Assembly: GCA_051362555.1 (NCBI GenBank)
Contig: CM120641.1
Span: 10,664,001-10,728,000 of the forward strand
Length of the DNA stretch: 64,000 nt
Direction of reading: 5' to 3'
Source of the DNA: Lingula anatina
Lineage: Eukaryota > Animalia > Brachiopoda
A model generated the notes under the pieces. The model did not search any database. It saw only the letters and a list, made by a program, of their open reading frames with translations, and was not told where the DNA came from. Of this stretch, positions 52,376 to 64,000 are shown in pieces; the stretch's first letter is position 1; every line of letters begins with the position of its first letter. A program made the position numbers and the translations under genes.

Positions 52376-54090
52376 AGTACAATGTGCTGGACAGGATTTC
52401 ATAGAAAGTGTGCTGCGTTATTCCAAAGTTGTCTTTTGTTATGGTCATTAAAGTAAATTTGCTAGGCTCAAATACCACATATATATACTGTTAATATATG
52501 ATTTTAGTTATATTTAGGGGTTTAATATAGCAAAAAAGGTTGTTACAATTTGACAGCTTATGAAGACTTGGGAATGTTTTCAAATCTTTTTAAATACATT
52601 TTAATATTTTTAATAAAATTCCTGCCTATTATTGAATACTTTGTTAAAATATCAAAGCTTATGAATACTTGAGAATGCTTTCAATTTTTTTTTTTTTTTT
52701 GTTAGATTTGGATGAGAAAAACAGTACAACAATGTTGTTTAGTAGACATACCTATGCTGAACGTCAAAAAAAAAAAGAAAATTAAGGTTCATTTGCATAT
52801 AAAATACAATACAATGGACAACAACATGTAAGAAAAAATATTAAAATTTTGGCTGTAATAATTTATTTTTATTTAATAATATTACTTATCACATAATGTA
52901 TAAAAGTAAAGTAATTTGGAAAAGTAGTGGGGTTTATAATCCTAGCACTCTATTTATACTGTATGCTGTCAGCCACAAAGGCTCTTGAAAAAAAGAGAAG
53001 CCTTCATGACATGAATGTTCAGTTCAAATAAAGCAATAAAATTCCAAGGAGGATATGATTTTCCTTTATGGTAAATCTCCAACATGACAAATGTCATTTT
53101 CTAGATGTATGATGATGAGCACTTGAATGAAAAATTTGTGATAAGTCCAGACAAAATTGATAAGTTGGTTAATGTGCTGCAACTCTGTAAAGCGGGTTAG
53201 CAGATAAAATTGTTTTTGTATTTTATACATGCAAAGTTTAATGCCAGCTAAATGCCAGGCTTGGTCATTTATTTTAAGAGGGCTGAAATCAATGTCAAAA
53301 CCACAGTGTTCCATTTTACTGTGCAAAAACTATAGCATTAAGGTTTTCCCCGTGATCTATGTTTAAATTTTCCACTTACTAAGCACCTATCCAATGCATT
53401 TTTCTCATTTGAAAAAAGATAGGTGCAAAACATTTGATTTCCCCAAAAGTAGTATGGGTGGGTCTCATTGGCCAACTTACCAATTTTGTCTGGCTTAAAG
53501 ACAAATGGTTAAAGGGATAACAACTGCTCATTTTGGCCAAAAAATGAATTTTCCTGGGGTAAAGGACAATTTTCCCATACTTACCAATGGTTAATGAATC
53601 CAGTTCCACATTCAATGTTAGTCCCTGTTTTTTTTTTTTTTTTTTCAAAAAAGTTTGCTTTTTTGTAATTATCTCTTAAGAGATTATTACAGAGTGTAGC
53701 CATCTATGGAGGTTACGTGATGTGATGGCAAGCAGAAATTCCAAAATAATTGTGTTAACCGCCGTTTTGGTTGTAAAATAGAACTTATTATATTTCTATG
53801 AGTTGTTTACAATGTATTTATTGTGAAATAAGGATATCTTACGAACAGTTGTTATCCCTTTAATAAAACAGGCTCTCACAAATATGTCCTTGATCCAAAA
53901 GATACCTACACAACAAATGTCCTCATTTTTGTCCATTTGTTTTCAGATTCACCTCCCTGCTTCTGTGTTTTATAACAATGAGTCTGTCATTTTCTTAACA
54001 CATTAAGCATGTTATTAAGCTGCCTCATTGCACTCTGCTTTCGTTCAATTGTAAAACATGGCAAAATGGTTCAAATAATTTTCCAGACAG

Positions 54091-57546
<3,456 letters not shown>

Positions 57547-58312
57547 CAGTTGAACGTTTCATCTGAAGTGTGACAAATTTCCAAAGTACAACATGCTGCT
57601 TCCGGCTGAGTCACTGGAGACCTCGTTTTCAGGTGTAAACAATTCCACGTGACTATAGCGCCCCCCCCCCCCCAAAAAAAAAAGAAGAAAAAAACAACAA
57701 AAAAAAAAAAAAAAAAAATGTATATCAAGCACGCTCCGTAAATAAAAATAATATTGTAATGAAGATGAAATCCAGTTTGGAAGGGGGGGAGAGGTAGGGT
57801 TATATATTTGGTAGCAAACGGTAAATGGCAGTTGCCACACCCCTCCCCTCTCCCAGAGGAATTTTAAGAAAATCATTAGTTAAGTGTTGGTGTTTTCCTT
57901 TCTCCCAAACTATTATTCATGGAGTTACAATATATTGGTAACGTGTGTAAATTAATATTATAATTATAATTTCTATCGATTAATTTCCCTAAGCTTACAG
58001 CAAATTAAGTCTTCGTTTCAGTGAATTAACCTGCTAAAGTGTAATTTGAAGGCCTTCTGAAGCACCCTAATGCCTTTTTATAGCTTTTGGTCATGAAAAT
58101 CACCTACAAGCGAATAAATCTGTGAAACATCAGTGTTGAATGCGAACCAGTGAGCAGACACAACGTTAATTTTTTCACTTCCGTTTCTAGTTTGGCATCG
58201 AGGCTCTCTGTCTGTAGGAACTTCCTGTTACAACTCCGCAAGCTGTCGTCAATCAGTGTAGTGTGTGAATTTTTTAATGGAAAACTGAGCGTTTGTCGTA
58301 TTTTATCCCCAA

Positions 58313-59985
58313 ATGGATGCTCCGTCCGGTTTCAGGCATCGTAAGTGTACGTCAGGTTTGTGGGTTTTGTTCTAAGTGGTGAAATATTTGCAAAAATCCC
58401 CGTTGAGTGTGGACACGTCACGCATCTTCGCTTTCGTCTGGTCGTCGCGGCACTAACGTCAGTAACAGTAACATTGCAACTTGTGCTAAAATGCGGCGCA
58501 TGATGAATTCTGATATTGCTTGAATACACATAAGAAAATTTTGTTCGGTTTTAACCTCTCACGAGCTTCCAAAGCTGGTATTGTTAGAAAACTGTATTCT
58601 GTGTAGGGCAGACAAACTTTTCTAGGGAGGAGTGTCTTAAATGGAATAGATCTCCCTGTGTATCTTTGGATATCAATTGGTATGAGTGCTTTTAAATGAT
58701 TTTGCAATACACAGGGCACTCCTTGAATGTGGTCTGCATTTTCTGTGCACGGTCGCATCTTACGTAATAATTTTTATATCAAAATGAAACGTATTAAAAT
58801 ATTAACAGAAATCATGCTTTGTGCATCAGTGATACAATACTCTAAAAAGCATATTTCCAAAACTGTATTGAAAAAAGCAGGAAAAAAGTTAAAAGACAAA
58901 AGAGATTTAATTGAATTTTGTATAAATACTGTAATGTTTTTGTCAAGCATTCTTGAATATAATTAATCTTAGAAACAGCCATACATTGTTTTAGAGGTGG
59001 TAATGTGATTCTCTCATGAGATACTGAAGTTAAGACATTTCCATGCAATGCAGGGAAGGCACATAATGTTAGCCAAATATTAAGCTGTATCTATACTTGC
59101 ATATTAGATGTAGGACTTTTGGTGTGGACCTTTCCTAAATGTGTTGATGTTACTGAAGTGCTTTGTGAAAGCATTAGCTTAGAACATAAATTATTTGCTC
59201 ACTCATGCAATCCATATTGGAATGTGACCAGTGCTTAGGCTTGTGCATGTACAACCTTTATATATGAAAGATTAATGTAAATATCTTATTTGTCTGCTCA
59301 TTTTCAGATCTAGATATTCTTAGGGGATGTATTAGTAGTGATATCTTTTTAAGTTGAGCATTCTTTGCTAGCAGAAACGCCTCGCCTTTGAGAATCATTG
59401 ATTGTATTTTGAAAAGAATAAAAAATTGTTCTTATGTTGTGAAGCATGCTGCAAAGTTGATTTCACCACTTGCATACCCTCTTACCTGGTTTTTACTACC
59501 TTATCTATCGTTTTTAATTTCTTTTTATCTTTTATCTTAATTAATAATGTTTTACTAATATTGGAATTCATTGATTTTAACTTGGAGTGTATCAAATTGT
59601 TTTAAGAAAGTATTATACAACATTACAAACTGATGTTAAAACTTCAAAAGCAGTGTTCATTTCCTTTTTTCATCAGATACTTTATTTACCAAATGTAAAA
59701 TATTTAAAAACAGGCACTAGTATCTATCCTTGATTAGAACTATGTACTTTTTTATGTTTTAAAATATGTTTTAAAATGAAAATTGCCATAGTATTTGGTC
59801 CTCAGTGTATATAAATATAGGGGTACAAAGAAATGATCTTGTGTATTTTCATCTTCTAGCTGGTGGTGGCCCTAGACGTGGTCGAGGCAGACAGGCACGT
59901 GGTCCACAGAATCCACAGTTATTTCAAGATACCAGCACAGTACCACAACATCCCCAGGGAGGCTATGAGCAGCCACCAGGACCAG
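58313..59985 (+). CDS. YIF1: YIF1 family protein, first two coding exons (gene presumably continues beyond the window)
   Basis: Exons 58313-58340 and 59860-59985 join in phase 1: MDAPSGFRHPGGGPRRGRGRQARGPQNPQLFQDTSTVPQHPQGGY. The PxLFxDTS...GY motif matches YIF1A/B N-termini. Confidence 0.72.
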
Positions 59986-60434
59986 GTAATAGCTTGTCTT
60001 ATTACTTGGGGAAAGAAAAAAAAACTTTGTGAAATTGTTTGATTTAATTTCGAAATTTTGAAAGAGTGGTCTGATTTAAAATGATGAATTGAACATTCCA
60101 AAATTCAAGCTCCAGTTCACAATACAACAATTGTACACTTTTTTTCCCAATTACAATATTTTGAATTTTTCAGTTTGACCTGAAGTAATTTTTAGAGATT
60201 TGAGTGATTGACACTGAGGACTCGTGACAAGTTAATCTTTTTGTTTATTACTTGGAAACTTTTTCTTGAGTTAACCTAGTCTGACCTTGCCATAATGGTG
60301 ATATTTTGATTGTTGAAGGAAGTGGCATCTGGTTTGAATGAATAATATATTTGCTTTATAGATACCACATTGTCATCTGTCAATTCGGAAAATGAAGGTA
60401 GTTTCATAACATTGCATTGTCCAAACTGATAACA

Positions 60435-63400
60435 TTAAAAGGACACAAAAGAGGATTTTCGCGCCAAAATTGATTTATCCCGATTTATCCCGAGGTTAAC
60501 AGTACTTTTCTGCGATTTACCAACCTTTAATCTATCATTCCCGGCACTCGCCATCGCTCTGTAACATTTTTGGAAAATACAATAAAAAGAAAACCTCCGC
60601 TTAAGCGGAGGTTTACCAACAACCACCTCCATTTTCATTATTGAGCTCTCTAGACTTCCGGATATCGCGAGATTCTCGTATTGCGACCTAGTTAAAACTA
60701 GTTCAAGCTGCCGGGAAAGCACATGGAACAGGAGGCTGAATTAGTTGAGACTCCATCGAAGAAGGGAAGAAAGATAACAAAAAGAAAAAGGAAACACCCT
60801 TTACAAAAGTCAACACCAGAAAAATAAAATGCGCGTAAAACAGTGTATCAGCAAATGTACGACAGGCAAACAATAAACACCGGCGAGGAAGAAGGCAGAT
60901 GAAAACCTGCTTGCATGGATGGCCATGGATACGAAGGATCGTCTGGCCGCGAAGTATTTACTGGATTTGTGAGTACCATTTACAATTATGTTTGAGATAA
61001 GACACCAGTAAAAATATTTATTAAGCACAGAGATTAATGTTTATTTACGTGTGTTCGTTGTATTTCTTTACGATTGTCAGGCTCGTCTGTCAAAATATGC
61101 CATGAAATTGTAACTAATATGAGTGGTATCGATGACAGAAATTGCAAGTGTGCTCATATGTCGACTCTGACAGGGTTTGAGTTAGTTTATAGAGCAAAGA
61201 AAGTTTAAATAAAAACGGACTTGGTGGGAGATACTAGTCTCGTTACATGTACATTACAATGACCAGGGCGAATTTTTTACTTACCGAGGGCACATTTCTT
61301 GTGCCTCTAACATCTAGGCATACCACAGTAATTAAGACATATGACCAAGATGCTATTTCTTTAGGCATCTAAATCCCAAAATGAATGTGCAGAAGCTGTT
61401 ATTGTATCTAAGTTTAACTCAATGTTAAATGGAATGTCAACTATAATTGAAAATATCTTTGAGTAGTATTTTGATTTTATATTTTAAAGACAATTTGTCT
61501 CCTTTTTACATTAAAAATAAATAAATCAGAAAGGGGATATTGCATGTTTATGTTTGGTACATCTCTCTAATGTATTAAATAGTCCAGAGTAATAATTTAG
61601 ATCATACAGTTTTAACTTTAGAGTCCAACCAGTATTTCGGAGATTAAACCAATATGAAGTGATCAAGAAACTTCAAAATTAAGTTGTAGTTAATACTAGT
61701 GCAGTTGAAGATGACAGTCTAGATAATTTAAGGTGATCATATTGAGAAAAATGGCATTTATACTTATTTCAGTTGAGTTTTATACTTATTTCAGTTATGT
61801 TTTTACATGATTTTTCTCAAACTTGATTATCTTATTTTATGTACTGTTGCTTTTTTTGGTTGCAGTATCAAGGTAACTTTTTCCTATGGGATGCCTGAGC
61901 TGGAAGAAGTGCAGATGGAAGAGGAGGAAGATGCTGAAGAAGAGGGAATTAAAGGATCCTGATGATCCAACATGGGACTAAAACATGTCTTTAGAGTAAG
62001 CAGAATTTTAATAAGCTGATATTCACTCCTCATATATTAGGCATTATAGGTGCATGATTTCTCTTTTATCAATTTTTTTTCCAAATTGGCGACACATAAT
62101 GTAAACATAATACATGACTCTATTTCCTCCGTCAACTGAAACGAGCTAAGCTTTACCAAAGTATTGTGCGCTCAATTCTAGAATATGCCTGCCCTGTGTG
62201 GCATCCAGGACTAACTATAGAGCAATGCAAACTCTAAGAGACTGACCAAACACGTGCTTTGAAGATTATTTTCCCTGACCTACACTATGATGAAACCCTG
62301 AACCTGGCAAATATGTGTACTTTAGATAAACGAAGAGATCTGTGCAAAACTTTCTTTTACAAAAAAAACTGAATCCTCTGACAAACTGAATCACATCTTT
62401 ATTGATCAATCCAATCGTCTTTTAAGATCAAACAATAGTAACAAAGTGCCACAATTTAAGACCGACATATTCTGATGCTCTTTTATTCTGTATGCACTTT
62501 TAAATTTCCAATAGTATTATGTTGTCTTTTATCCTAAGTACAATAATTTTAAAGTTCAATTAGCAGTCTTTTAACTCAGTTTTATTCAAGCAAATATTCA
62601 CTTTATTTTCATTATAATTTTCTTAACACTATGTACAACTTCAACCCACTGGGTTGCAATCTTAATAAATTATTATTATTATTATTATTTTGATTTGCTT
62701 TTTTAGACCTTAAGGTTATGAGCAACTGCCAGTATGATGTCCTGAAGAAGAGTTTTTTACATGGAAGAGGAACTCCATGGCTCTCCACCAAAAAAAGAGG
62801 AACTTTTCTTGAGGGTCCAAAGCGGGGACGAGTTGGATAGTGAGAGACTTTTCCTGACTTTCGAGTGCTGCTTACAGGATATATTCAGTGAACTCATCTT
62901 GCCAATGTGACAAAGCATAATCTGCTGACTTCAAACCATCTAGCACTGACATGTATGCTATAATGCAGACAGATTGGAAATCAAGGCGGTCTTTCCTCCC
63001 AAACCTAAGTCATATGCCTGATATTGAGAATAAACCATTTTGGTCCAGCATTTACTTCTTAAATCTAAATGACATCAAATGTATTATGGAATATGGTACT
63101 GGTGGCATATTGTGATTTCAACTTGATTTTAAACCAGTGTGTTGTTAGATTTTGTAAGATCACCAGTTGCAGTTTTGTGACTTTGTTACAGCATAAAATT
63201 CTGTATTTGGCAAATGACTGCATGTCATTTCTTTTAAGACCTACAAAAATGGTTTGAGTGAACACTTGTGCCTGTATTCAATTCTCCACTCAGCCATTAT
63301 TTAGAATTCATGCAGGGAAGCCATGCCTGTATTTTTTAAAGAAATATTTATACCTTTCTATTTATTCCCTGCACATCTTGGAAAAGTATGTGTGAATATC

Positions 63401-63600
63401 TTACCGATGAAACAATTTATGTTTGTGTAAGTTGGGTTGGTCCTTTCTTATGACACATCCCTTTGCATGGAGACTTTTGTGTCAGCTCACATGAGTCAAT
63501 ACACTGACAGAGAGGGGGATAATTTGTTGATCTGCAATCCTCATGGGTCTGCATGTACATCAGACTCTTAACATGATAGCCTGGCTATTAATAAGTCTCT
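60435..63600 (+). mobile_element. Decayed Kolobok-like DNA transposon in the YIF1 intron
   Basis: Left end TTAA(A)AGGACAC; CpG-rich subterminal region; broken spliced ORF (MEQEAELVETPSKKGRK...LAAKYLLD|gtgagt; ERLFLTFECCLQDIF; AYCDFN). The right TIR was not seen. Family assignment is recollection-based inference. Confidence 0.55.
62040..62690 (+). mobile_element. 5'-truncated LINE (CR1/L2-group) 3' fragment, degenerate
   Basis: Translates as VRSILEYACPVWHPGLT...QTRALKIIFP...TLDKRR with stops, and ends in AATAAA followed by an (ATT)n tail at ~62663-62690. Confidence 0.85.
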
Positions 63601-64000
63601 CAAAAATGTTATCATACTATAATGTGTACTGCACAATGTGAAAGTTTGTGAATGCTTGAATAGAAGGCTTATTTATGAAGATGGCATTAATAAGTATGAA
63701 AATAATTATGCATTCTAGCTTACAAAATCTGTGTATGTCTTATTCATTACATGTGACAGGTAATAATAAAGATGATTTGGCCAAATTCCAAACTTATGTA
63801 GCAAACTTTGTTTATTCTTGTATTTTTGCCAAATATAAATAAAAGATGTTTCAATATTTAAACTTTTATTTCATTCATAATCTCTACCCAGTTAATGCTA
63901 CATTGATACTGCAGCTTATGCTTTGTACATAAAAATATGTTAATTAATAATAACAGTTGGATAGTACATGTTGTTAATTTACTAAAGGGCTAGTTCTTAG

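Overview
AT-rich animal (eukaryotic) genomic DNA with spliced GT-AG genes. The repeat types suggest a lophotrochozoan or mollusc, but that is inference. Most entries in the ORF track are exon fragments or noise, so gene models were rebuilt by hand from splice sites and reading phase. Left to right: last exon of eIF5 (+); a ~28 kb CENP-E/kinesin-7 gene (-); two tandem claudin/PMP22-family tetraspan genes (-); a class A GPCR (-); CCDC97 (-) divergent from a COX20-like gene (+); GPATCH11 (-) divergent from the 5' part of a YIF1-like gene (+). Introns carry Helentron-type (HINE/pearl-like) elements, a TA-flanked mariner/pogo-type element, several MITEs, and a decayed Kolobok-like element with a nested LINE. 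Two observations stand out. (1) About 915 aa of the CENP-E stalk comes from two separate five-fold tandem arrays of phase-0 exon pairs with co-duplicated introns. (2) The GPCR has lost both activation tyrosines (NPxxY->TPVIF, Y5.58->S) and carries a ~940-aa single-exon C-tail ending in a PDZ ligand. No prokaryotic systems or CRISPR arrays are present. All family calls come from motif recognition; no database search was run.
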